From positions 806,001 through 870,000 of the forward strand of contig CM074805.1 in the NCBI GenBank assembly GCA_037447605.1: a stretch of 64,000 nucleotides of DNA. Direction: 5' to 3'. Both the position numbers and the translations under genes were made by a program. This DNA is from Zygnema circumcarinatum SAG 698-1b. Taxonomy: Eukaryota; Plantae; Zygnematophyceae. Below are positions 23,368 through 35,476 of the stretch, one piece after another (within the stretch, counting starts at the first letter, position 1; every line of letters starts with the position of its first letter). Below the pieces are notes generated by a model. The model ran no database searches and had not been told where the DNA came from. It saw only the letters and a list, made by a program, of their open reading frames with translations.

Positions 23368-26300
23368 ATGGCTCCTGAAGTCATCGCTTCAGAGGAGAAG
23401 GTGGTTAGCACAATTGTAGTCATTTTTGGTAAGTTCCGTGTGCTCTGTCCTCCTCGCAGCGGCAGATATTTGGAGCAGATGAATCAGTCAATCCGTTAAG
23501 TGCATCTCTATTGCAGCACGTGTCCTGCGTGGAGAATGTTGGAGCTTGGTGCGCTGATGCGAATGGCGACACCTCTCTGATCTCATCTCACAGCACTTGA
23601 CATTTGAAAGCGTGAAAGTCACCTTCTTTAGGTAGCTACAGCCAGCGCTTTTTTTGGTCCAGATGATTGGTTTCACTTTAGTTGAAAGAACCGGTCGGCC
23701 CCTCAACCCCACTTAAAGACGTGCGCTTTCTTGACTTGTGAATGGTCTTTTATCAGAGCGATTGTTCGTGAAGCAGTTTCAGCTGATTACTATATGGATC
23801 TATAATTCTTGTCAGGCGGTGACGCGTTTTCACAGATCTCATGACATTCTAACTTTGGTTCAAGTGTGATCGGACCTGGGGCCTCTCCTGCCTCCCTTTA
23901 AGCTTGCAAAAGTTTTGCTTTTGGAGAGTAGTAGTATTAGAAGTTTCCGTAGAGATCGCAACGGGCGTTTCTGCAACTCCTCCCGCTAGTTTCTTACGTT
24001 TTGTGATGCAATACTGAACTTTGTTTTTAAATGACAGCTGCATTGTGCTTATAATTGTACATTGGACTATGTGCATTGCATTGTGCTCATAAGAGTTGCA
24101 GGAGAGGGAGGAGCTATGTGCATTGCATTGTGCTCATAAGAGTTGCAGGAGAGGGAGGAGCTATGTGCATTGCATTGTGCTCATAAGAGTTGCAGGAGAG
24201 GGAGGAGCTATGTGCATTGCATTGTGCTCATAAGAGTTGCAGGAGAGGGAGGAGCTATGTGCATTGCATTGTGCTCATAAGAGTTGCAGGAGAGGGAGGA
24301 GGTATGTGCATTGCATTGTGCTCATAAGAGTTGCAGGAGAGGGAGGAGAAAGGGCTTTCGTTTTCGCAGCATTGAGTGCAAAAGCTCCTCTTTTGTGTCG
24401 TATTTGAATCATTGAAAGCGTAAGCTATCATTAAAACTTTGAAATAGACAATCTATCGTGACAATCTACCTTCGTTTTATAGCGATTGTGCTGTTTGTTT
24501 GTGGCGGTGAAAATGGAAACAGCAATGGCCGCTGAAGCTGCACCGTTGGTGGAGCATCTTGGTCTGGAGAAATCTGAGAAGCTGAGGTGAAGTTCTGCAT
24601 GCATTGAGACTCTTTTGCTGCACAAACGATCAAAAGGAAAACTCATCCGTTGAAGCTTGCCACTACCTCAGCAGCAAACATCCTCTGTCTCTCTTGAGAC
24701 AAGCACGTATCCTCTTGCTATCATTCAAGTTGTATTCGTCGGAAGGTCATATCGTGGGAGTGCCTGTGCTGCACTTTTCTTACAATAGCTTTCCGTGAAG
24801 TCGTATTCACATAGCAGAGCCGAGGGGTTCTCTTATATCTCTGTCTCGAGCCTCAGTTGTCTCCTTTTCTTTTCTTTCCCTTCCTTGTCAATGCTAACTC
24901 TGTCCGTTTAAATGTATCCTGTTGTGTATCAGTTTTCCTCCAGGCTCTCCGTTTTCTGTATACTCGGGCAGCCATGACGGAATCTCCGTGGATGTGTTGA
25001 CCCCCGGCAAAGATGAAGGCAACGGTGAGCACTCTTCGTTACCAGGACCTCAGATTTTGGGTGGAAATCGTGCACAGCACATGATTTGCAGTTCTTTGTT
25101 GTTGGGATACTATTAACCAAATGATACAGTCAAGCACAGTGAAAGAAAGGACTATAGGTGTAGTTTGGATGTCCTGTAGGTCATTCACACGCCCTGCAAT
25201 TGTGGTCTGCTTTCAGGAGTGGATTGTGTGGGAACTGTACCCTCAGCCGTCCTCACATATGCAGCCATTGCTGCCTTCAAGCCGGACATCATCATCAACG
25301 CAGGAACTGCAGGGGGGTTTAAGGTGCTTATTTCGGTTAACATATGTCATCACTTTGCAGCCCTTCGAGGATTTGGTTCTCCGAAGAGAGAAGTGTCAAT
25401 ACTGAGTTCCACAGATTTGCTTTGAGCCAGAGAAAGGTTGTGTTTTACATGGACCAGGTCTGACGTAATTGATCCCTAATCTCACTCTGTCCTTCCCTCC
25501 TCCCCTCCTCCCTCCCTCCCTCGTTTCCTCTTTCGCGCTTGTGTTGCTGGCTCAATGCGCAGTCCAAAGGAGCAGCTATTGGAGACGTTTACGTAGCAAC
25601 ACATATTGTGAACCACGATCGAAGAATAGCGTTGCCTGTAAGAAACTCTGCAAGTAGAGCCCCACACACTGAAGGGTCTCCACTCCTGGTTATCTTGTAA
25701 AGGGTAATGCCCATTCATTAAGGCTTCTAATTCTAACACTGTTGTCTGCCTTTTCACCCACTCTTCCAAATGTATTCGGAGTTGAAAGTTGACATTGAGT
25801 TGTATGCTAACGTCAGAAGAAAGCGAGTGACATTTGCGTCTAAAAAAGGTGAAATTGAAACCGTTTCCTTGTATGAAATGCAGGGCTTTGATAAATATGG
25901 GATTGGAGAGGTTGCTGCTTTGCATACCCCGGGACTCATTAGTGCAATAGGAGCCAAAGTATGTCAAAAAACTCTCACCCCCCAACAGCATTCCTTCTTT
26001 CTGCTACGTATTAAAGGAATTTCACTTTGGACATTGTTGCTCAACTGTCAATACTTGGATCCTATCCAGTCTCCTACAAATGAGCTGTATTGCTTACAGG
26101 TTCGCTGTGAAACTTTGGTGGTTAAATCGGTGCGATCAAATTATACGTTTTTGGTTTTCATGACATCACAATTCTCACTGTATTTTGGAGTTCTGCAGGA
26201 AGGAATTGTGACGACAGGAAATTCCTTCGACATGAGTGCGGAAGATAAGCAGTACATAGAGGACAGCGGAGCCGTTGTTAAGGACATGGAGGTACGCTGC

Positions 26301-26698
26301 AATGCTTCATTGCTCTACCACTCGCCCAAGTTGTTAATAGTGTGCGCTATTCCCAATTGAAGGAAAAAGGAACTTCATCCTTTCGACATCTTTTACCTTG
26401 CACTTTGCATTGCTTCATCTGCAGTAGGATTGAAGGACCTTAAAGTGAGGCCCATATATTTACCTTTTTATTTATGTATTTCATGTGTGAGTGCTTACAG
26501 TGTGCAGGAGTGGCATGGGTTGCCAAGACATTTGGTGTTCCTGTGATCGCCATAAAATCCGTGACAGACATTGTGGACGGGGGACGCCCAACTCAAGAGG
26601 AGTTTTTGGAAAACTTGCACATGGCGGCCGCTTCCCTTCAAAGGACGGTCCCTCTGCTTGTCAGCTACGTGGGGGGCAAAAAGGTTGCTGAAATTTAG
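23368..26698 (+). CDS. MTN: 5'-methylthioadenosine/S-adenosylhomocysteine nucleosidase, plant type; 8 exons (23368-23428, 24523-24586, 24933-25024, 25217-25323, 25563-25637, 25884-25958, 26199-26291, 26501-26698)
   Basis: IFAMAAEAAPLV, GVDCVGTVPSA.LTYAAI..FKPDIIINAGTAGGFK, IGDVYV...VNHDRRI, TTGNSFDMS, VKDMECAGVAWVA, IKSVTDIVDG.RPTQEEFLENL. Splice phases consistent. Confidence 0.96.
24067..24348. repeat. 47-bp minisatellite, 6 near-perfect copies, in MTN intron 1
   Basis: Unit CTATGTGCATTGCATTGTGCTCATAAGAGTTGCAGGAGAGGGAGGAG starting at 24067, 24114, 24161, 24208, 24255, 24302 (one substitution in the last). Confidence 0.97.
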
Positions 26699-27002
26699 GT
26701 TAGGGCAGGATTTATGATTGGTTTCTAGGGCAGGTAAATAGGGACTCGTAGAGGGCAAAATGTCTAATTGATATTTAAGATGAGGTAGTATCCCTATGAT
26801 TATCGAGCAGTTGCAGATATTATGTTGGGAATAAGAGAACAACCAACGAAGCAAATGACTGCTGACTTTCCATCGGAGCTCCTCGGTTGAATTTTCTGAG
26901 GATTCCATGCTCGCACATTTATTCGTTTGCTTGTGACTCGTTTTGTGGGCTGTATGCGCAAGAAGCCGTGCATCTGTCGCAGAAAGAAAGGGAGGATCCT
27001 TT

Positions 27003-28559
27003 TCAGCTTTGTAAAGAACACTTTGCTGAGGACGAAACTGGACCAGCTTTCTTCCCAGGCTCCTTCCCTTTCTTCGCCTTTTCTTTCGCTGCTTGCAGCT
27101 TCTCCATCTGCTTCGTTAGAAAAGCCTGTTTCAGCCTCTCTCGCTTCTTCTCTGCCTGCAACTGCCTCTGCTGCTTCAACACCGTTGCCTTCTCTCGAGC
27201 CTCCTTGGTCTGCAGGGCCACCTCCCTGTCATGCAGAACAGTCCCCCTCCACTGTGGTCAGGTCTGTGGAGTCGAAGGCCACAGGACGATGACTGACTGT
27301 TCATTCACTACTTGCATGAGAGTTGATATCGAACCATAAAAGTAGTCAATGCAACAAATATATTGGGAGCATTGCCACTCAAAATCTCAAACAAAGGGGA
27401 AAGGTTCAAACCTATCCTGGATGCAATCTTCCCCTCGCCCGGTTAAGTCCAGTAGACATAATGTGTTCCTTAAATACATATTAAGTCTAAAGGATGCAAA
27501 ACTGACCACGTTTTGCTTAACTCCATTATAATGAGACCTTCCACTTGTGGCTAACAACTTTCAACCTGGCTGGGAGATGGCAAACCTTATCAGCTCCTTG
27601 TGATGGGACCCAGCTCGGCCTCCAGATGATACTGGAAACACATTGTCCTCTGCTTCACCACAACTGCTTGACTCTTGCAATCTGCCTCCATCTCTCTCTT
27701 TCTCCATCTCTTCCCTCTCCTCCTCCAGAGAGCCCTTTCGAACAAAATCTACACTGTACTTTTCCAATTCCTCTTCATCAGGAAGCTCCCCTTTAACTAG
27801 TTTTTCATATAGCTGCGCCTTTTTTTCAAGGGCGGCGTAAGAGTCCGCCCCGCTTTCTGCAGATTTCAACTGCAGCCGGTCTCTGCAGATAGAACAGGAT
27901 GGGAAGTGACTCAATAAAACAGGGCGTTATAGAAAAGTACACTCTTCTCCATTCTGCTCATTTCACATCAGAATTGGGCAAACTATCGCATCTACACCAA
28001 GTCCAGCTAAAGATGCGTTTGATGTCCCCTCATTGAATTGTCCAATATTCAATTCTTCGTCGATCAAGCTAGCTCTTTAGAGGTTGGCTGTTGAACCGAG
28101 CAATCAAGAGAAGACAAGAATGGAGAACGAGTGATCGCTTTCCGACCCTAAATTAATGGGCAGGGAAACACAATTCTTTCTCCCTTCTGCCTTCTCTAGC
28201 AAGTGAGCTCCACTGCCAACGCAAACTTAACTGAACTTAGGAAAGAGTCCGACAGTCCTAACGTACCTTTCTGCTCTATCCTCCACTCCCGCATTCCGCC
28301 GCGCAAACAATTCTGCCACATCGCTGCCCCCCTTTCTGTGGGACCGCTGGTCGTCTTCATCAAGGCCTTCTTTATGGCGACTGTGATCCTCCTGTGACTT
28401 GTACAGTTGAGCTCGGAGCTCTACAATAGAAGCTGCACTCACCCCCTCGATGGCGCGCTGTTTCCTCGGCATTACCGTGGACTCGGTGAGCCAACCAAGA
28501 GACTCGACGCGCCGCTTCCTGTCGATGGTGCTCCCGCTGCCACCTCCTTCTTCTGCCAT
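27003..28559 (-). CDS. CCDC174-like conserved coiled-coil protein (plant family like At4g18257); exons 28559-28267, 27882-27586, 27225-27003
   Basis: VESLGWLTESTVMPRKQRAIEGVSAASIVELRAQLYKSQE; RNAGVEDRAERD; SYAALEKKAQLYEKLVKGEL.DEE..EKYSVDF; EAREK...KQQRQ.QAEKKRERLKQAFL. Family recalled, not searched. Confidence 0.85.
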
Positions 28560-28730
28560 GGTGCCGGGTCGTCCTTCTCTTCCAAACGAGAGGCCAGAGA
28601 CGAAAACCAAAGGCGAGAGCAGGTGCCAAGCTGAGCAGAACGACAAGCTTCCGTCAATGGCGGGCCAGTGCAGGAATTAGGTTTGTGCCTGCCTTTCTTC
28701 CCCCGCCCTGAGGCATGTTCGCATGGCGCC

Positions 28731-28892
28731 TGCCATGGCATGGCACGGCATGGGATAGCATGGCAGGGCATGGCATGGCATGGCAGGGCATGGCAGGGCA
28801 TGGCAGGGCATGGCAGGGCATGGCAGGCAGGGCATAGCAGGGCATGGCATGGCATGGCATGGCATGGCATGGCATGGCATGGCATGGCATGG
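28731..28892. repeat. (ATGGC)n / (GGCAGGGCAT)n satellite upstream of the CCDC174-like gene
   Basis: Directly visible; produces spurious CHAMP/AWHGM ORFs. Confidence 0.95.
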
Positions 28893-30557
28893 CCCCGGAA
28901 TGCAAGCGCAGGGCACGGTGATGGCATCGGCGGTCCATGGCGTCGCGTCGCCTCCTCCGGACGAGGAGGGCGGCCATGGCTGGAAGGCCCGCTTGGCTTG
29001 GCTTGGCTTCCAGGCGGGCGGGTGATGGCCCGCTTGCTGCCTGGAGAGGGCCCCGCCTGCAGTCAGTTGAGAAGGCAGGCGCAGAGACGGAGGCAGACTG
29101 TGCTGAGTTTGTGCTCCCATTGTTGCTTGCGGAAGCGGAGTCTGAGCCACCTTGCTTCCTCTCGCTCGGGTCTCGCACCAAGAGCTGCTCTTGGAATATA
29201 CTTGCGAGCGAGAGGAGCGAAGAATGTATGGATTGGCTGAATTATGAGCAGGGTGAAAGATAAACGCTTTTTCGCAGAATTTCAAAGGCGACTTTTTACT
29301 GGACAAGAAAAACTAAGATAGTCCTAACGGATTTTAATGGTTTCTGATTCTTTACAATACTGATCGGATTAAATACGCTAGCTTGAAGCATCGCTTGATC
29401 ACAGCCGCGGAGATGCCATCCTCCAAAGTTGTTCCTGCGCGCAAAATGGAAGGCGAAAATGCCAGTGGGAAGCCCGTAGTTGTCCTCAGCACCTGGCCGC
29501 AGCCCGGCCTTCGCGGGTACGAACTGAACGAGGCACAGCAATAGATGTTTTTTTCATGCTTAGCATATGAGGTCGTGTTTTCAAACAGTCCTGCGTATTA
29601 CAGCCTTGGGAATGATATTGGTGTTTGGATTTCTTGAATGGGGAAGCACAAATTCACGAGTAAATCATTTTCATGGATGCTCATTTCTTTACTTCATCGT
29701 TTTTTCCTCTTACGATGAGAAAAGGCCGAATGTCTTCCCTTTAATTAATCAGTTCGTTTCGCTTGCTTTTTTTTTGGCGAGACCATCGAAAGTATCAGTC
29801 TGAGTATAAACAACGCAGTAGTATTTCCTTTTTCTCTGTCGCCCGAATAAAATTTGCATGTTTTTTAAACTTTGCACAAGATGGCGGTGTCAAGTCTACG
29901 GCTTTTCTTTGATAAGGTGGCCTGAGTTCAAAATGACCATTTTACTTTCTGCAAATATTGCATCTCTAGTTTGGAACACGTAGGCGTTCTATTGAAGAAA
30001 CCGCATGCAGGTGTGCGTTTTGCACACATAAAAACAAAAAATTGGCTTTCTTGTACTTAAATGGCAAGTAAGTAAGCGTCCCAACTTCTTGGGGATGACT
30101 GCCAGCATAGCGTAGAGCACCTTGGGTTATCATGCCTGCCGAAACTTCAAATCATACAAAACTGGGAGATAAGAGCTTACCATGCATGGTCTACACAATC
30201 ACCTTAAAGTGATTCCTTGCAAAATCTCGTTCCACGTGGTCTTTCTAAAGAAAACGAGAGATGCAACATTACTTCAAATGCTTCACTCTCACTTGCCTGC
30301 CTGTAAGTGCAGAGACGAACCTCAGGCAGCCACGTCGAATCAGAACAATCTCAATCAGCTAATGCGAAGCTTTCCCAAAACATTTCCAGCAATTGACATG
30401 TGAGTTTTTTGCACGTTGAATCCATGCAAGTCTTCTGAGATATCCGTCCCGATTGATGCATTGCATACGGAGTACTTGAAGGTACCTGCAACATTTTTTA
30501 TTTTTCGAGTTTGGTGTATTCTGGCCGTGGGAGAGGAGAGATGGATGGTCAGTTATC

Positions 30558-32388
30558 TTGAAGGGCTTTAAGAGCCTGTGCATATGTTTTTCGCGTGGGA
30601 CTTGGTCGCCCAGAAAGAGTCTGGAGCTGCTGGAGAAGGTGGTGATTGTCGGCGACGCGAACGCAGGAAAGACATGTTTGGTACTTCGTTACTGCGATGA
30701 ACATTACAGCCACGACTACAAGGTCAGTCAGCACTTGCATCCACGACTGTCCTTAGTAGGCCCTGTCCTGTTTGCCCTTAGTAAGGTGAAAGCGCTTGGC
30801 GTATGAAGTTGAACATTCCTTGACGATATGCGAAAAAGTTGAGGATGCAAAAGTTGAACCTTTGATACCTATGTTCGTGTCAAGAACCAGATGCGCGAGT
30901 CGTTGTTTTATTTTTCCATTAGTGTCGAGGAATTTAGTTCAGACCATGGAAAAGTTTGGTGTTCACTGGAGAAGCCGAGAAAACATATGTGCCAACCGTC
31001 GTTGCCCGTGCAGTCCACTATCGGAGTCGATTTTTTCTGGCAAAGATACGCTATACAGCAGTTCAAGTTCATTCTTCACATGTAAGTCAGCCAATGACCA
31101 ACATGTGTGGGGCTTGCAGAACAGTCTGAAGCTCGTCCAAAGAAGCGTAAGAAAAGAGAAAGTTCAAACTTTGAACGGCTCAAGACAAAGTAAAGGGCCC
31201 TTGTTCTCTTTTGACTAAAAAATCCCATTCTGTTCTCTCTTCCTGCGCTCCCTTTCCCCTCCCAGCTGGGACACAGCAGGCCAGGAAAGGTTCCGATCGC
31301 TTTCCCAAGCCTACTACAGAGGAGCAGGTGCCTGCATAGTGGCTTTTGATCTTGGAAAGCCCAACTCTCTGCAGACTGCCAAGCAGGTAGGCAGCACTTC
31401 AGGTTTTGGAGTCGAATCACAGCAAGGCTTGAGAAGATAACAGGATAATTGGTAGTGTGCAGGGAAGGTGTTTACTTTCAGTTGACTCCTCTACTGAGGC
31501 TGCAGTGGGTGACAGAGGTCATCAAGGAGAGTCGCAACAAAAAGGAGTTCTCCATGTTTTTGGTCGGTTGCAAGGTGTGGTAATCGCATTCCCTCGCATG
31601 CACCCCCTTACAGACAATTCTAAAGAACAAAAAAACAACTTTTTTTTCACTGTCAGCGCGAACCTGAATCGTCTTGCATGCCAATGTGCAGTCCGACATG
31701 TTTCATGCAATTTCTAAGGAGGACGCATTGAAGGTCGCTAAGGAGGTTAAAGCAGAGTACTTCGAAGTCAGCGCAAAGACTGGTAAGTCTTGCAAGCTCC
31801 TTTTGGCAAGCTATTGGGCGTCAAAGTATCGATTCCTCACCTCCACTTCGTCTTGAAGACAATTTCACTTACGTTTCAGCCATTATTTCCTTGCCCTTCT
31901 CGGACAGGAGAAAACGTGAAGTGGCTGTTTGAAAGAGTGGCCGCAGTCCTCTTTGAGCGAGCTCTTTCTAAAACCGTGGCTTCGCTTAAGGCTGAAGAGG
32001 AAGAAAAAGATGGTACGAAACATTTCCGCCTCTCCCTGTACACCCCGTAAAACTTCATCTCTTTTCTATCTCCACAAAAGCTGCATACTCCTGCAAGCAC
32101 AGAAAGTACCGCTGCGGACATATTCCACTCAAGCTCAAGGTTCTGAACTTTCGTTTGTGTGCAGACGCTTTGACTTTGCCCACAGATCCCAAAGGAGCCG
32201 GTGCGCGGAAAGGCGCGACAAGCATAGGGGGAGGGAGTGGCATAGGCGACACAGGGGGTGGGAAGGGCACAGTGAACTGGAAGAAGGGAGGGGCCGCCAC
32301 GAAGGGGAAGACGGTGACTTTGGACAAACCAAGCGGGCGTCCGCAGCAGATACCCTCGCCCAAGCGAGGGGGTCCTTGTTGGAACTAA
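30558..32388 (+). CDS. Rab GTPase, Rab34/Rab36-like; exons ~30558-30722, 31014-31081, 31266-31386, 31506-31574, 31692-31782, 31908-32012, 32165-32388 (start codon unresolved)
   Basis: KVVIVGDANAGKTCLVLRYC, YKSTIGVDFF, IWDTAGQERFRSLSQAYYRGA, FLVGCKSD, AEYFEVSAKTGENV..LFERVAAVLFE, C-terminal CWN. Rab identity is certain; the subfamily call is by motif recall. Confidence 0.85.
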
Positions 32389-32743
32389 GCCATGGAATGT
32401 AGACTTACCTTGACGGCTGGAAAGGCAATTTTTCCAGTGTAGTGTTTGCAGAGAGGTAAAGGAGAGAAAGGTAGAGAGGCAGAGGGAGGAGGGGCAGCAA
32501 AGTAGGTCCATTGTGCTTCAGGCACCCTGGTTCAGATGGAATACAAGGAAGACATCATCAAGTTTCCTGAATAAAATTGCTTTTTATATCAAACATGGCT
32601 TTACATTTCCTGTGAATAATGAAATCTTTTCCACATTCACAGTTTGGGTTAGCCGCACAGTGCAAGAAACTACGTTCGTAGAAATTTACAGCTCAATACA
32701 TACATGTAGAAGCCTGATGGCTAGACTGAGAAGCATGTACATT

Positions 32744-33330
32744 CTAGTATTCCACTGACAATCTGAGCTCTCCTTTCCGCTTCGCATCAACGTAAATTGC
32801 AGTGGCCAACAGGCCCAGGAAAGCAGGTCCTGTCATCAAAACTGAAAATCCTTCGATGAGGTGAGCAGTATCTATCTTCGGGTTGCGCGGAGGAATGATG
32901 CGGCCTGCAATGAAACCAATGGTGTTGCACGTTCCAACGAACACATTGCCTACGCCTTTGATGGCTCCTACTATCGGTCCCCAAAGGCCTCCATGAGCCC
33001 TTCTTTCCACATCGGACTCTGCCACGGCTCCCTGCAATGGGAAACCAGCAGTTTAGGTTAGCCAACAGCTGCGGTTAATACCTGCAGAGTCGGAGAAACG
33101 ACAAGCAGCTGCGTATGTCCCAGCCAAACCGTTCTTGCCGTCCTAATTGTCATCACGTACGACTTAGCCAACATCCTTCACAAGCTCCCACTTACCCCGA
33201 CTATCTGAGCCACGCCAACAACCGCGGCAACCTTCACGACAAGCGCTGTATAATGCACCATATTTGGTTCCTTTGGAGCCCCTGCATTGTCAAAGGACTC
33301 TCCTGTCAGCCTCCTTCACAACTACTGTAA
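32744..33330 (-). CDS. Unknown small membrane protein (at least 2 exons; upstream exon unresolved)
   Basis: Exon ~33320-33196 (…EPNMVHYTALVVKVAAVVGVAQIVG, donor GTAAGT) and exon ~33034-32744 (GGLWGPIVGAIKGVGNVFVG…LIEGFSVLMTGPAFLGLLATAIYVDAKRKGEL). Hydrophobic segments and an upstream TATA box. Confidence 0.55.
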
Positions 33331-33938
33331 AAATTTGCGGTGAATTACATCGTTAGAAAACTAAACTACCAAAAGAATGTTGTCTCGCTTCTTAATGAAG
33401 TAATAGCCAGCAATGGCACAGGATTGCTTGAACTCTTTTCTCAAACAAATGTTAGTTTCATTACAGCGTCGCATCTTCTTCGAGCGGATACAACTGAGTC
33501 ACCTAGTCTTTTATAACTCTGCATCCTCTTGATGCTAAGGTCATATCCAAAAAAAGCAATGCACATAGCAGTCTCCCCGTAATAACCATCGCGTGACGGA
33601 AAAAGCAAGCAACTGACCCCACCGTCAACCTCTCATTCCAATAAGCCATCGCACCCAAAAAAAACTCCATAAGGTCACACCACCCCCCCTTTCTCATCAC
33701 TCTCAGACCTCCATTCCCCCCAAAACATCACACTCTCTCCCCTTTTCACATCCCTTTCCCCCAACACTGCAACTCACCTTCCTCCCCTCCCTTCTCCCTC
33801 CCTCCTCCTCAGTGCACCAAGACGCCTTCTTTTTAACCCTCCCTCTCTCCCTCTCTCCCTCTCTCCCTCCCTGCCTTCCAAGCCTTCCAAACCGCTCCAA
33901 ATTCTACTGGACGACGTCCTCCTGCACCACTAGCGGCC

Positions 33939-33947
33939 CTATTTATA
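33939..33947 (-). promoter_or_regulatory. TATA box (TATAAATAG) of the minus-strand membrane-protein gene
   Basis: Canonical motif followed by a purine-rich leader; CCAAT at ~34064. Confidence 0.55.
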
Positions 33948-35476
33948 CGGGCGGCGCGGGGCCCTGCGGATAACGGGCCCGGGCGGGCACGCACGCGAGT
34001 GCGCCACTTGGCGGAACCCTAAAGGGGCGGCCGCCGGTCGAGATTGTGTGGAGGACGTAGAGCCAATGGTAGGGCACCGCGTGGTAAAGAAACGGTTTCT
34101 GGGACCGACACGTGGTAGTCCGTGATTTTCCAGGTCAAGCAAACTGTACGAACAGCAACGAGAACGGGCGAGAGGCGGTCTTGTGTCGGTTATGGGGCCG
34201 TACAGTTTGGGTGTTCCATGCAACGCTTCTGCGTAGTCGCGAAAGCTTCCGGATTATAACGGAACTGGAACAGTAACAGAGCAGAATTTTGTCTTCATAG
34301 AGCTCTCTGCCTTTTGTTGGGAGTCTTGGGACCCTTGGCATCTCTACACGGCTTTCTATGGGAAATACGCACAGTATCAATTGACGAGTTTGCTTAGTAA
34401 AAAAGCGGGTCTTCCCACAAGACCCCTCCACAGAGGCTCTGATCAGGCTCTGCGGGAAGCTGGCATTGGGGAGTCAAGGACAAATCCCGATCCCGTTCAC
34501 ATTGGTATTGGTAGAACATCACAAGCTTGTTGCTCTCACTTGTTGCAGTAGCCCCATTGATACATCAAGAGCAGTCCTTGAGACAGAATTAGCCGAGGGG
34601 GATTCCGAAACAGAAGGCGCATAGATGGTGGGTGATGTGAGAAAGGCATGATCCGATGTTGGGATACTTCCGAGTGCATGCAAGCCACCATGGTTCTGTC
34701 ATGCTTAGACTAACTGCCTATGGACCCCTTCTGGCCTACACGGCAACTAGGGAAAGAGATGAATCCGAACCCTATAAGGTTTGCTTGCAGTGTTGCAGGT
34801 GCGGCTTTGTTTTCTTTTATTATCTTATCTAATGTAGACTGATAAAACTCGGACAGATAGACGGCCACAAAAGTAAAAGCACACCTTCCAGCTGAAAAAG
34901 ACACAAGCCCATGTGGTATCACATGTATGAGAATAGAGAATGGAAAAGTAGGGATGTCGAGGGGGGTGGAGGGTAAAAAACCACGAGTGAAAAAGGCTGC
35001 TCGTATTCACAATGAGGTGAACATTTTCAGAGCATCTATTCACAAAAAAAAAAACTACACAGTCAAGTGCCCCCAAAAAGACTGTCCTGCATCTATTCGT
35101 GTTTCGTTGCGCTGAGGGCCTGACACGAAGGGAAGACGAAGCAGAAGGGGCGCTTCTAGATTACACACAGCCCTCACAATGACTCTACAAAAGGCCTTCA
35201 CAGAATCCCTGGCGACCCTCTCACTACCGTGCTATGGCATGCCCCTCCCCCCCCCAAAATCCACTTCTCTAAGGACCTCGCAAGTTCTTGCATACAAGCG
35301 AGCTTGAAGCACACGCCTGCGCCTCAACTATCGTAGTGCCTGTTTTTCAGAGGACTTGGTGAAATGCATTGGCCAATGGAGCGGAAATACACAGCGCATT
35401 CTGCTATGGACCTACACAAACAAGCCAAGAACGATCCTCTGCCAAATGAATTAAGATAAAAGCTAAGGAAGTTGGG

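Noticed and set aside
24067-24348. CRISPR-like array
   Set aside because: Units are contiguous identical 47-mers with no unique spacers, inside a eukaryotic intron, with no cas genes.
28472-29306. CHAMP/AWHGM repeat proteins
   Set aside because: Translations of the (ATGGC)n satellite.
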